Below are positions 47,444 to 56,350 of a stretch of 64,000 nucleotides of DNA, in pieces. The notes beneath the pieces were generated by a model, which was not told the origin of the DNA, did no database searches, and was given only the letters and a program-made list of their open reading frames with translations. The first letter of the stretch is position 1. Each line of letters opens with the position of its first letter. This DNA comes from Vicinamibacteria bacterium (GTDB taxonomy: Bacteria > Acidobacteriota > Vicinamibacteria > Vicinamibacterales > CAVVIG01). Location: the NCBI GenBank assembly GCA_041485905.1, contig JBGPKK010000002.1:4484-68483 (forward strand), given 5' to 3'. Made by a program: the position numbers and the translations under genes.

Positions 47444-49227
47444 TGTGGCAGTGCGAACACGAGCAGCGCATTGCCGCTGTTGGGCCGGCGAATTTCTGGA
47501 GCCAATTCGGGCGGAATCAACGCCGACCAGCTCCCGCCGCCAATCCCCGCCGGCATGGCCACGTACTGTTTTCCCTTCGCCAGGTACGTGATCGGAAACC
47601 CCTGAGCGGACGTCGGCAGTCGTGTCTGCCAGAGGATCTTTCCTGTCGTCGCGTCGTACGCGTACATGTGGCGATCCCAGTCACCTCCGAAGACGAGACC
47701 GCCGGCAGTCGCGAGCGCGGCCGTGTTGGACGGCGAGGGCGTGCGATGACGCCACAAGATCTTTCCGGTTCTGACGTCCATGGCCAGGAATTCACCGAGG
47801 TTGCCCCCGGAATCCGGATGTTTGTAATCTCGACGCCGCACCGGACCCGTACCGCCTCTGCCGACGATCTTCTCGACCGGGCCAAAGGTGGCCTTCTCGC
47901 AGTTCAGGTTGAGCGGGATGTACAACGCATTCGTCTGGGGGCTGAAGGCCATCGCGCGCCAGCTCTTGAATCCGGCGGTGCTCGGACACATGTCGACCTC
48001 GGTACCAAGCTGCGGGATCTTGCCGGACCGATAGAAGACTTTGCCGGTCTGCGGATTCACTTCCAGGATGGTCTGATAGCCGAGATCGGTGGCACGGATG
48101 AATGTCCCGGTGGCTCGATCGAGCTGCCAGAGGATTCCGAGCTTGCCCATCTTGAAGAGTGACTTGCGCCCCCCGATGTCGATCAGGATGTTCTCGAACA
48201 CCTCGTCCATGTCCTGCGTCTCACCGGGCAGGTGCTGGTAGTACCATTTCATTTTTCCGGTGTCGGGATCGAGCGCGAGAGTCGAGTTCGTATACAGGGC
48301 GGCGCCGTCGGTGCCGCGGACAACTCTGGCCCACGGCTTGGCTTGCGCCGTGCCCCAGTAGACAAGGTTCGTTTCCGGATCGTAGCTGCCCGAAATCCAC
48401 GCGTCGCTGCCGGCGCGGAAGGCCAGCGGCAGGTCGCCCCACGAGTCGCCGCCCGGCTCACCCGGACGCGCGACGGTCGATGTGCGCCACAGCTCCTTCC
48501 CGGTCGCCGCGTCATGGCCGGTGATGAAGCAGACGTCCTCCTTGTAGCGGCTGCAGCCGGTGATCCCGGCGATCACTTTCCCGCGCACGACGATGGGACC
48601 GGAGGTGTATCCGTATCCCAACCTCGCATCCGCGACCGTGGTGTCCCACACGAGCTTCCCGGTCCTCGCGTCAACGGCCACAATGTGCGCGTCATTCGTC
48701 GTCCCGAAGATCTTGTCTCCGAAAATCGCGATGTTCCTTTGAATGCCTCTACCTTCGTCGCCGCCTCCGCCTGCGGTGGCGGGCCGCTGCGCAAGGCGTG
48801 GGATGGCGGACTGCTCTCCGCCACCGCCGCGCTGAGCGCTCCCCGGGGGCGTCGGTGGCGCGGCCGCCTCGGGCCGAAACTCCCAGAGCAGATCTCCGGT
48901 CGCGGCGTCCAGCGCCTGAATGACGCCGCGTGGGTTCGGCAGATACATGACGCCGTTATAGACGAGCGGTGTCGCCTCCTGTGCACCGGTATCGTCCATC
49001 GCCCACGACCACGCCAGCTGAAGCTGCTGGACGTTCTGTCGGCTGATTTGATCGAGTGGGCTGTAGCCCCACGCGTTGTCGGTGCGCCGCCAGTTCAGCC
49101 AATCACCAGCCGCGGGATTGCGCAGCATCGCCTCGGTGACCGGGCGAGAGTCTTTCACCTGCGCCACGAGCCAGAGGTTTCCCAACAGCACGACCAGCGC
49201 CATCGATGCAGCGAATCGCGGTCTCAT
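47440..49227 (-). CDS. PQQ-dependent dehydrogenase, methanol/ethanol family (PQQ-3)
   Basis: 595 aa with a signal peptide. Active-site region GETQDMDEV (D-M-D at 48205-48213). Gly/Pro-rich insertion near the N-terminus. No vicinal Cys-Cys. Confidence 0.9.
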   Translation of the reverse strand: MRPRFAASMALVVLLGNLWLVAQVKDSRPVTEAMLRNPAAGDWLNWRRTDNAWGYSPLDQISRQNVQQLQLAWSWAMDDTGAQEATPLVYNGVMYLPNPRGVIQALDAATGDLLWEFRPEAAAPPTPPGSAQRGGGGEQSAIPRLAQRPATAGGGGDEGRGIQRNIAIFGDKIFGTTNDAHIVAVDARTGKLVWDTTVADARLGYGYTSGPIVVRGKVIAGITGCSRYKEDVCFITGHDAATGKELWRTSTVARPGEPGGDSWGDLPLAFRAGSDAWISGSYDPETNLVYWGTAQAKPWARVVRGTDGAALYTNSTLALDPDTGKMKWYYQHLPGETQDMDEVFENILIDIGGRKSLFKMGKLGILWQLDRATGTFIRATDLGYQTILEVNPQTGKVFYRSGKIPQLGTEVDMCPSTAGFKSWRAMAFSPQTNALYIPLNLNCEKATFGPVEKIVGRGGTGPVRRRDYKHPDSGGNLGEFLAMDVRTGKILWRHRTPSPSNTAALATAGGLVFGGDWDRHMYAYDATTGKILWQTRLPTSAQGFPITYLAKGKQYVAMPAGIGGGSWSALIPPELAPEIRRPNSGNALLVFALPQ

Positions 49228-49250
49228 GGATTGCTCCTCATCACTTCTTG

Positions 49251-49277
49251 GTCCGGCTAAAGCCGGACACTACGTAC
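49251..49277. repeat. REP-like element: hairpin plus CACTACGTAC tail
   Basis: GTCCGGCT-AA-AGCCGGAC followed by ACTACGTAC. The PQQ-4 stop codon (CTA at 49270-72) lies inside the tail. Matches the copy at 51161-51187 at 24/27 positions in the same orientation. Confidence 0.7.
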
Positions 49278-51192
49278 CAATCGCGAAGGCCAGCAGTCGG
49301 TTGTCGGCGCCCGTGCCGGTTGCGACAACGATGAACTGGCGGCCAGAGCGAGTGCGATACGTCATCGGGTTGGCGGTATTCGGATACGGTATCTTCGTCC
49401 GCCAGACTTCCCTGCCGCTCTTCGTATCGAACGCATAGAAATAGCTGTCGCCGCCGCCGATGAACACGAGGCCACTTCGGGTCACCATCGCGCCGCCGCG
49501 ATTGTTCGGCGACCCCAGGCGATCGGGCAGCGCGACGCCCTCGAGCAGCGGGTTCTTGCGCAGCGCGGCACTCCCTTCGCCCAGTGGAACCCGCCACGCG
49601 ATTTCACCTTTGTTCAAATCAACGGCCGTGAACACGGCGTACGGTGGAGCCGTCAGCGGAAGTCCGCGGACGTTGACCTCTTCGCCGCCGCGCGCAAATC
49701 TATCCGAGTACGCAACCTCCACGAGCGGATCGGATCCGTCGTTCTTCGCGACCCGATTCAGCCCAACCCCACGCGTCGCCCGCACGAAGAGATAGCCGGT
49801 CTCGGGATCGAACGCCGCGCCGCCCCAGTTGCCGCCTCCGCCTTGCCCGGGACGCTGCAGCGTGCCTTCGAGCGAGGGTGGCGTGAACAGCGGACCGAGG
49901 CGGAATTTCTTCATCTGCTCCTGCGCCATCGCTTTGATGGCCGGCGTCAGATCGTTCGCCTCCTCGAGCGAGACACCCTGGTCGACGAACGCCGGGGGCT
50001 TCGTGGGAAACGGCTGCGTGGGATACGGCATCTCGCCCGGCACGTTGCTGTCGGTCGGCACCGGACGTTCCACGATCGGCCAGACCGGCTGCCCCGTCAC
50101 GCGATCGAAGATGTAGGTGAACCCCTGCTTGGTGATTTGCGCCACCGCGTCGATCCGCCGGCCGTTCACCGTGATCGTGACCAGGTTGGGCTGGGCCGGG
50201 TTGTCGTAGTCCCAGAGTCCGTGATGCACCGTCTGGAAATGCCACTTCATCTTGCCGGTCGCCGCGTCGAGACAGACCAGCGACTCGGCGAACAGGTTGG
50301 CGCCCGGCCGTCCGCCGCCGTAGTAATCGCTGCTCGGCGTCGACGTCGGCACGTAGAGGAGCCCTCGAGCCGCGTCAAGCGCCATCGGCGCCCAGGCGTT
50401 GGCGTGGCCGTTGGTTCGCCACGACTCCTTCGCCCACGTCTCGGCACCGGGATCCTTCGGCGACTGGGGAATGACGGAGAAGGTCCACGCGCGCTTGCCC
50501 GTCCGCGCGTCGAAGGCCTGGATGTAACCGACCGGATCGGACACCTGCACGCGGTCGGGCACCTGGCTCCCGACGATGACGAGATCGCGGTACACGACCG
50601 GGGGCGAGCTCTGCGTCGCGTGCCTGATGTCGGAGATTCGGGCCAGGCCGTCGGTCAGCGATACGACGCCGGCGTTTCCGAACGAGCGCACGGGCCGGCC
50701 GTCCTCTGCCTCCAGCGAGAACATGCGATGCCGGCTGTTCAGGAAGACGCGGAGCTTGTTGCCGTCACGCCAGAACGCCGTTCCGCGCAGCTTCCAGCCG
50801 CTCCCGGAGAGAATCTGGCCAAGCTTGTACGCTTCGCCATCGAACCGCCACAGCTCCCTGCCGGTCTCGGCATCGAGCGCCGCGATGCTGTTGTAGGGGG
50901 TCGTGACGTACAGCACGCCATCGATCATCAGCGGCGTGTTCTCGAAAAAGCCCGGCGTGGTTCCGAATTCCTCGAGCCGCGTCTCCCAGTGCTTCCACTC
51001 CCAGGCGACCTGCAGCCGCTGGACGTTCTGCGCGTCGATATCGGTCAGCGCTGAGTACTTGGCGCCGCCCGGATCGCCGCCGTAATACGCCCATTCGACC
51101 TGACGTGAAGGTTGCTGGGCAACCAGGAGGGAACCTGCGGCCAGGACGGCGAGAGCCACGGTCCGGCTCAGGCCGGACACGACGTACTTCAT
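49270..51192 (-). CDS. PQQ-dependent dehydrogenase, glucose/quinate/shikimate family, soluble (PQQ-4)
   Basis: ATG at 51192 (MKYVVSGLSRTVALAVLAAGSLLVAQQ). HHGLWDYDNP motif. 640 aa. The longer track ORF (to 51615) has no signal peptide logic. Confidence 0.9.
   Translation of the reverse strand: MKYVVSGLSRTVALAVLAAGSLLVAQQPSRQVEWAYYGGDPGGAKYSALTDIDAQNVQRLQVAWEWKHWETRLEEFGTTPGFFENTPLMIDGVLYVTTPYNSIAALDAETGRELWRFDGEAYKLGQILSGSGWKLRGTAFWRDGNKLRVFLNSRHRMFSLEAEDGRPVRSFGNAGVVSLTDGLARISDIRHATQSSPPVVYRDLVIVGSQVPDRVQVSDPVGYIQAFDARTGKRAWTFSVIPQSPKDPGAETWAKESWRTNGHANAWAPMALDAARGLLYVPTSTPSSDYYGGGRPGANLFAESLVCLDAATGKMKWHFQTVHHGLWDYDNPAQPNLVTITVNGRRIDAVAQITKQGFTYIFDRVTGQPVWPIVERPVPTDSNVPGEMPYPTQPFPTKPPAFVDQGVSLEEANDLTPAIKAMAQEQMKKFRLGPLFTPPSLEGTLQRPGQGGGGNWGGAAFDPETGYLFVRATRGVGLNRVAKNDGSDPLVEVAYSDRFARGGEEVNVRGLPLTAPPYAVFTAVDLNKGEIAWRVPLGEGSAALRKNPLLEGVALPDRLGSPNNRGGAMVTRSGLVFIGGGDSYFYAFDTKSGREVWRTKIPYPNTANPMTYRTRSGRQFIVVATGTGADNRLLAFAIGT
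51161..51187. repeat. REP-like element copy inside the first codons of PQQ-4
   Basis: GTCCGGC-TCAG-GCCGGAC followed by ACGACGTAC. On the minus strand it encodes YVVSGLSRT, residues 3-11 of PQQ-4. Confidence 0.65.
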
Positions 51193-51272
51193 GATGGGCC
51201 TTTCGACATCCAGGCGTCCCTTGGCGCCGCGCGGTCGATTGTGCGCTGATCCTAGCGCGCCGCCATCGGGAA

Positions 51273-51697
51273 TCAAGGAGAAATCGGGTGCCGCCGAATC
51301 TGGGCCAGCATCTCGAGAACCGCAGATGCGACGGCGTGCGGCCGGCTGTTCCCTATCAAATGGTCGCTCCCGGGAACCATGCGCCACGTGCCTCGCGACG
51401 AGCGACGGGCCAGACGTTGCTGCAAGAGGTTCCAATCCCCGCCCGATCGAGCAGCAGCCGCAAGTCCTCTGTGAGGAGTCCCGCCGTGATCTCGCCGGGC
51501 CCGGGGTCGCTCCACCCCGTGCCCATGCGATCGTAGGAGCACACGCGCGTCCGGGCACCGACCTCCGCGCGGGCCGCTTCAGAGCCGGCCGAGGTCCCAA
51601 ACCCGCTCGACACAAACACGACCGTGGGGTCGCCTTCGCCTATGCACAATAGGCGACATGGTCTCTGCTCTTTTTCTGGCACTGGAGCGCACTGCAA
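51273..51697 (-). pseudogene. alpha/beta-hydrolase remnant (internal deletion plus frameshift)
   Basis: One frame gives an N-terminal hydrolase-like segment GDPTVVFVSSGFG...RVCSYDRMGTGWSDP...LLLDRAGIG. Another frame gives a C-terminal-like segment MVPGSDHLIGNSRPHAVASAVLEML. The nucleophile-elbow region between them is missing. Confidence 0.5.
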
Positions 51698-51744
51698 GAG
51701 TAACCTTCGCGTACGGGTTTGGTACAGCGCCTTTCGAGGTCCAC

Positions 51745-54591
51745 ATGACTATTCACACTCGCGTACGGATGCTGGTGCTCGCGGTGGCCGTCGTGGCCGC
51801 GACCACTCTGGCTGGCGCCCGGCAGCAGGCGGCGGCGAGCTCCGCGCAGACCACGGCGGTCGCCCAGGCGATGCCGGTCGACGCGGAAATCACCCAGGGC
51901 AGACTCCAGAACGGATTGCGCTACTACGTCCGCGCCAACAAGAAGCCCGAAAAGCGGGCCGAGCTCCGGCTCGTCGTCAAGGCCGGGTCGGTGCTCGAAG
52001 ACGACGATCAGCAGGGGCTGGCCCACTTCGTCGAGCACATGGCGTTCAACGGCACCGAGCACTTCCCCAAGAACAACCTCGTGTCGTTCATCGAGTCGCT
52101 CGGCATGCGCTTCGGCGCCGACCTGAACGCCAGCACGAGCTTCGACGAGACGATTTACATGCTCCAGGTCCCCACCGACAAGGCTGAAGCGATGGACAAG
52201 TCGTTTCTGATTCTCGAGGACTGGGCGCACAACATCTCCTTCGATCCCGCGGAGATCGACAAGGAGCGTGGCGTCGTCATGGAGGAATGGCGGCTGCGGC
52301 GAGGCGCGGGGATGCGGACGACCGAGAAGTTACTCCCGGTCCTGCTCAAGGGCTCGCGTTATGCCGATCGGCTCCCGATCGGCAAGACAGAGATCATCCA
52401 GAACGCCAAGGCCGATCGGCTGAAGAAGTTCTATGCGGATTGGTACCGGCCCGACCTCATGGCCGTCGTCGCCGTCGGCGATTTCGACAAGACCGCGATC
52501 GAGAATCTGATCAAGGCTCACTTTGCCGCGATTCCAGCGGCGCCGGCGCCGCGGCCTCGCCCGACCTACGACGTACCCGATCATCCCGGCACCGCGTTCG
52601 CAATTCTGACGGACAAGGAAACGACGGCGGCCACCGTCGAGATCGACTACCTCCTGCCGGCCCGCGATCAGGAATCGGTCGCCGCGTACCGTCAGCGGAT
52701 CGTGGACCGTCTGTTCTCCGGCATGCTCTCCGCCCGGTTTTCGGAGCTTGCGCAGAAGCCCGATGCGCCGTTCCTCGCGGCCGGCGCGGGGCGCGGCCTC
52801 TTCCTGGCCCGCACGAAAGAAGAAGCCTCGCTCAGCGCACGTGTCAAGGAAGATGGCATCGAGCGAGGCCTGGACGGGTTGCTGGCCGAGGCCGAGCGTG
52901 TCTCACGCTTCGGGTTCACGTCCACGGAACTGGACCGACAAAAGGTGTCGGTGCTTCGCGGCTACGAGCGCGCGCTGACCGAGAAGGACAACCGTCTGTC
53001 CGCCGCGCGGGCCAATGAGTACGTCCGAAACTTCACGCAGAACGAGACCCTGCCCAGCCTCGACGACGAATACGCGCTGCACCAGCGCTTCCTGCCGCAG
53101 ATCGCGCTCGACGAGGTCAACAGGATGGCTAGGGAGTGGTTTCCCGATTCGAACCGGCTCGTCATTGTCTCTGCTCCGGAGAAGAACGGTCTCATTCTCC
53201 CGGACGAACCGAAGCTGGCGGCCGTGATGAAGGCCGCCGTCGCCAAGGATCTGAAGCCGTTCGTGGATTCGGTCAGCGCCGTGGCGCTGCTCGCCTCGGC
53301 TCCGCGACCGGGCACGATCGCCAGGACCGCGTCAAAGGACGCCGCCGGCATCACGGAGTGGGAGCTGTCCAACGGCGTGAAGGTGGTACTCAAGCCGACG
53401 ACGTTCAGAGAGGACGAAATCGTCTTTCGAGCCACAAGCCCCGGCGGAACATCGCTCGCGAGCGATAAAGACTTCATTCCTGCCAGCACGGCCACGCAGG
53501 TCGTCACCGCCGGCGGGCTCGGCACGTTCAATCCCATCGATTTGCGGAAGATGCTGACCGGAAAGGTCGCCTCGGCGACCCACTTCATCGGCGAGCTCGA
53601 AGAAGGGCTGAATGGCAACAGCTCCCGCAAGGATCTGGAGACGATGTTCCAGCTGATTTACCTCAGGTTCACGGAGCCGCGGCGGGACGAGACGGCGTTC
53701 GAGGCGCAAACCGCACAGGTGAAATCTCTGCTGGCGAACCAGGGCGCGAGCCCCGACTACGCGCTCGCGCAGACCCTCTCGAACACGATGTCGCAGAATC
53801 ACCTCCGGAGGCAGCTCCCGTCGGCAGCGACCGTCGACCAGTGGAATCTCGACAAGTCGCTGGCCTTCTACAAAGACCGTTTCGCCGACGCGAGCGACTT
53901 CACATTTGTCTTCGTCGGCAGCCTGGATTTGCCGACGATGAAGCCGCTCGTCGAGCGGTACCTCGCGACGCTGCCGTCACTCCATCGGCAGGAGACCTGG
54001 AAGGACGTCGGGGTCCGGACGCCAGCCGGGGTCATCGTGAAGACGGTCGCCAAAGGCATCGAGCCCAAGAGCCAGGCCGCGATCGTGTTCAGTGGGCCGT
54101 TCGAGTACGACGAAACGCACCGCGTGGCGATCCGGGCCATGGCGCATATGCTCCAGGGGAAGCTGCTGCAAACAATCCGCGAGGATCTGGGCGGCACCTA
54201 CAGCATCACTGCGACCCAGAATTTCCAGAAGAATCCCCGTCCGGAGTACTCCATCACCGTCCGGTTCGGGTCCGACCCGAAGCGCACCGACGATCTCATC
54301 ACTCGAGTGATCGAGGAGATCGAACAGTTCAAGGCGAACGGCCCGACCGAGCAGCAGGTGATCGACGAGAAGGAAGCGCTTCTGCGCGAATTCGAGACGA
54401 GCAGCAAGCAGAACAACTACTTGCTGAATCAGATCGTGCTCAAGTATCAGTACCGCGAAGATGTTGCCACCGTGTGGGAGGCTCCGGAGTATTACAAGAA
54501 GCTGGACGCGGCGATGATTCGGCAGGCGGCGAAGACGTACCTGAATATGAACAATCGAGTACTGGTCACGCTGGTCCCTGAGAAGAATTAA
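51745..54591 (+). CDS. M16-family (pitrilysin/insulinase) zinc metallopeptidase, two-unit fusion, secreted
   Basis: ATG at 51745 (MTIHTRVRMLVLAVAVVAATTLAGA). HFVEHMAFNG (HxxEH) motif. 948 aa, consistent with fused active and inactive M16 halves. Confidence 0.9.
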   Translation: MTIHTRVRMLVLAVAVVAATTLAGARQQAAASSAQTTAVAQAMPVDAEITQGRLQNGLRYYVRANKKPEKRAELRLVVKAGSVLEDDDQQGLAHFVEHMAFNGTEHFPKNNLVSFIESLGMRFGADLNASTSFDETIYMLQVPTDKAEAMDKSFLILEDWAHNISFDPAEIDKERGVVMEEWRLRRGAGMRTTEKLLPVLLKGSRYADRLPIGKTEIIQNAKADRLKKFYADWYRPDLMAVVAVGDFDKTAIENLIKAHFAAIPAAPAPRPRPTYDVPDHPGTAFAILTDKETTAATVEIDYLLPARDQESVAAYRQRIVDRLFSGMLSARFSELAQKPDAPFLAAGAGRGLFLARTKEEASLSARVKEDGIERGLDGLLAEAERVSRFGFTSTELDRQKVSVLRGYERALTEKDNRLSAARANEYVRNFTQNETLPSLDDEYALHQRFLPQIALDEVNRMAREWFPDSNRLVIVSAPEKNGLILPDEPKLAAVMKAAVAKDLKPFVDSVSAVALLASAPRPGTIARTASKDAAGITEWELSNGVKVVLKPTTFREDEIVFRATSPGGTSLASDKDFIPASTATQVVTAGGLGTFNPIDLRKMLTGKVASATHFIGELEEGLNGNSSRKDLETMFQLIYLRFTEPRRDETAFEAQTAQVKSLLANQGASPDYALAQTLSNTMSQNHLRRQLPSAATVDQWNLDKSLAFYKDRFADASDFTFVFVGSLDLPTMKPLVERYLATLPSLHRQETWKDVGVRTPAGVIVKTVAKGIEPKSQAAIVFSGPFEYDETHRVAIRAMAHMLQGKLLQTIREDLGGTYSITATQNFQKNPRPEYSITVRFGSDPKRTDDLITRVIEEIEQFKANGPTEQQVIDEKEALLREFETSSKQNNYLLNQIVLKYQYREDVATVWEAPEYYKKLDAAMIRQAAKTYLNMNNRVLVTLVPEKN

Positions 54592-54607
54592 GGTATTGGG
54601 AGGGTTT

Positions 54608-54763
54608 ATGCTTCACAAGACCGGCAAGATGACTGGCTTTCACATACTCGCGACGGACGGCGAAGCCGGCCATGTGGACGATTTCCTGGTCGACGAGAGC
54701 TGGGCGATCCGTGGCACCGCCGACATCGAACTGATTGAAACCCTGCCTCCGGTGATCATGTAG
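54608..54763 (+). CDS. PRC-barrel-like fragment (possibly a gene remnant)
   Basis: The 51-aa ORF MLHKTGKMTGFHILATDGEAGHVDDFLVDESWAIRGTADIELIETLPPVIM* is preceded by GGGAGGG. The segment GxxIxATDGExGHVxDFLVDxxxWAIR matches the PRC-barrel N-terminal half, and the rest is absent. Confidence 0.4.
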   Translation: MLHKTGKMTGFHILATDGEAGHVDDFLVDESWAIRGTADIELIETLPPVIM

Positions 54764-54780
54764 TTGCTCGGTCTGTCACG

Positions 54781-55329
54781 ATGAATACTTTCTTCCGGAC
54801 GGCTCTGCTTGGAAGCCTGGCGCTCGGCATGGCCGGGCTCGCTGCTCAGTCGCGTCCATCGCGCGCCCCGGCTCCGTCGGCGCGTCAGATCGAGCGCGGC
54901 CGCTACCTCGCGACCATCGGTGCGTGCAACGACTGCCATTCGCCGAAAACCGACGCGGCGCAGACGCCCGATCCGAAGCGGCCGTTTTCTGGCCGGCCGC
55001 AGACGACGATGGCACCCTCGCAGAACCCGAAAGAGATTCATGCGTCGCTGGATTTGACGGCGTGGTCGGGGCCCTGGGGCGTCAGCTACGGCGCGAATCT
55101 GACGCCAGACGCTGAGACCGGACTGAAGAAGCGGTATACCGAGGCGTCGTTCATCAGGACGCTGCGCACGGGCAAGAAGCCCGAAGGCGAGGACCTGCTG
55201 CCGCCGATGCCGTGGGCGCTCTACAAGATGATGTCCGACGAGGATCTCAAGGCGCTCTATGCGTATCTGCAGACGATCCCGGCGATTAGGAACAACGTGA
55301 AGAACGCGGCGGCGCCAGGGAAGAAGTAG
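54781..55329 (+). CDS. c-type cytochrome (secreted)
   Basis: 182 aa with a signal peptide. RGRYLATIGACNDCHSP heme motif and a PPMPW Met-ligand region. Confidence 0.8.
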   Translation: MNTFFRTALLGSLALGMAGLAAQSRPSRAPAPSARQIERGRYLATIGACNDCHSPKTDAAQTPDPKRPFSGRPQTTMAPSQNPKEIHASLDLTAWSGPWGVSYGANLTPDAETGLKKRYTEASFIRTLRTGKKPEGEDLLPPMPWALYKMMSDEDLKALYAYLQTIPAIRNNVKNAAAPGKK

Positions 55330-55332
55330 CGG

Positions 55333-55800
55333 CTAGAGGTACATGATCAGCCGCCCGCCGGCGGCCACGCTCATCCAGAGCACGATCGACACCAGCGCCA
55401 CGAGCCTGCCCCAGACAGGGCCCACCCGGCCCTCGTCGGCTGCCGTCACCTTGCGGCGAACCGTGAACGTAAAGATGAGCGCCGCAAAGAGGACATACAT
55501 CTTGAACCAGAAGATCTTGTTGGCGTACTGCTGGGTGGCCGTGGCCATCAGCGCCGGGATGCCGGTCAGGGTCAGTCCGATGAGGCCGCCAATCAGCCAC
55601 GGCCTGGCGCTTCGCGCCACCTGCTTCACGGACTGAGTCGTCAGTCCGGCCCCCATCAGACGCAAATCGACCATCAGGAGCGCGCCCATGAAGGTGCACA
55701 TCGAGACCAGGTGCACCAGGTTCACGCCGGGACCGAGATAGATGGATGACTTGTAGACCGCGAGGCTTTCCATCCCCTTGAAGAACGGCTGTAGAGACAC
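55333..55800 (-). CDS. uncharacterised 4-TM membrane protein, H-x14-DLR[LM][LM]G family (paralogue P3)
   Basis: H-x14-DLRLMG, KM and LW-x6-GRL motifs. GTG at 55800 sits 9 nt after GGAG (the track uses TTG 55809, which abuts the SD). 3-12 nt after the P4 stop. Confidence 0.7.
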   Translation of the reverse strand: MSLQPFFKGMESLAVYKSSIYLGPGVNLVHLVSMCTFMGALLMVDLRLMGAGLTTQSVKQVARSARPWLIGGLIGLTLTGIPALMATATQQYANKIFWFKMYVLFAALIFTFTVRRKVTAADEGRVGPVWGRLVALVSIVLWMSVAAGGRLIMYL

Positions 55801-55812
55801 CAGGTTCAACTC

Positions 55813-56343
55813 CTATTTCACTTGCTCGACGATGGTCCACCAGTCGTAGGCGACCAGTCGCCCGAAACACAGCACGGTGATCCACAAGACAATGGACAGG
55901 ACACCGGCCAGTTTCGCTGCAAACGGCGGCGAGGCATTGGTGTCCCACGCCGCCACTGATCGGTACGTGGTGAAATGAAAGACCAGCAGATTCAGGACCG
56001 CCAGGGGCATCGCCACTAACATCTTGACCCAATAGAAACCCTTACCCCAGTACAGCACCGGCTGTGCATAAAACAGGACGAAGCCGCTGATCGCCATCAC
56101 GATGGCGCCGAGCAGCTGCCACGGGAACAGGCGTTTCTGAATCTGGGAGATGGACGTCTGCGGGTGCGCGACGCCCAGCAGCCGCAGATCCATCATCAGG
56201 ACCAGACCGAGGAACAGACACATGCTGAGGACATGCAGCGTCAGGAAGGTCCCGAAGAAGTTTGGCGCGTCCTCACGCAGATACAGGCTGCCTGGCAGAG
56301 TGCCGACCCACTCGAAAAACCCTTTGTACGGTGGGGGCCACAT
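55813..56343 (-). CDS. uncharacterised 4-TM membrane protein, same family (paralogue P4)
   Basis: 176 aa with H-x14-DLRLLG, KM and LW-x6-GRL. The AAKL motif before TM4 is shared with P1. Starts 7 nt after the upstream cytochrome stop. Confidence 0.7.
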   Translation of the reverse strand: MWPPPYKGFFEWVGTLPGSLYLREDAPNFFGTFLTLHVLSMCLFLGLVLMMDLRLLGVAHPQTSISQIQKRLFPWQLLGAIVMAISGFVLFYAQPVLYWGKGFYWVKMLVAMPLAVLNLLVFHFTTYRSVAAWDTNASPPFAAKLAGVLSIVLWITVLCFGRLVAYDWWTIVEQVK

Positions 56344-56350
56344 CAGCGCG

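Noticed and set aside
51193-51615. 141-codon N-terminal extension of PQQ-4 given by the track ORF (49270-51615).
   Set aside because: The extension is Arg/Pro/Gly-rich and motif-free, and it overlaps the hydrolase remnant. The Met at 51192 is followed by a canonical signal peptide.
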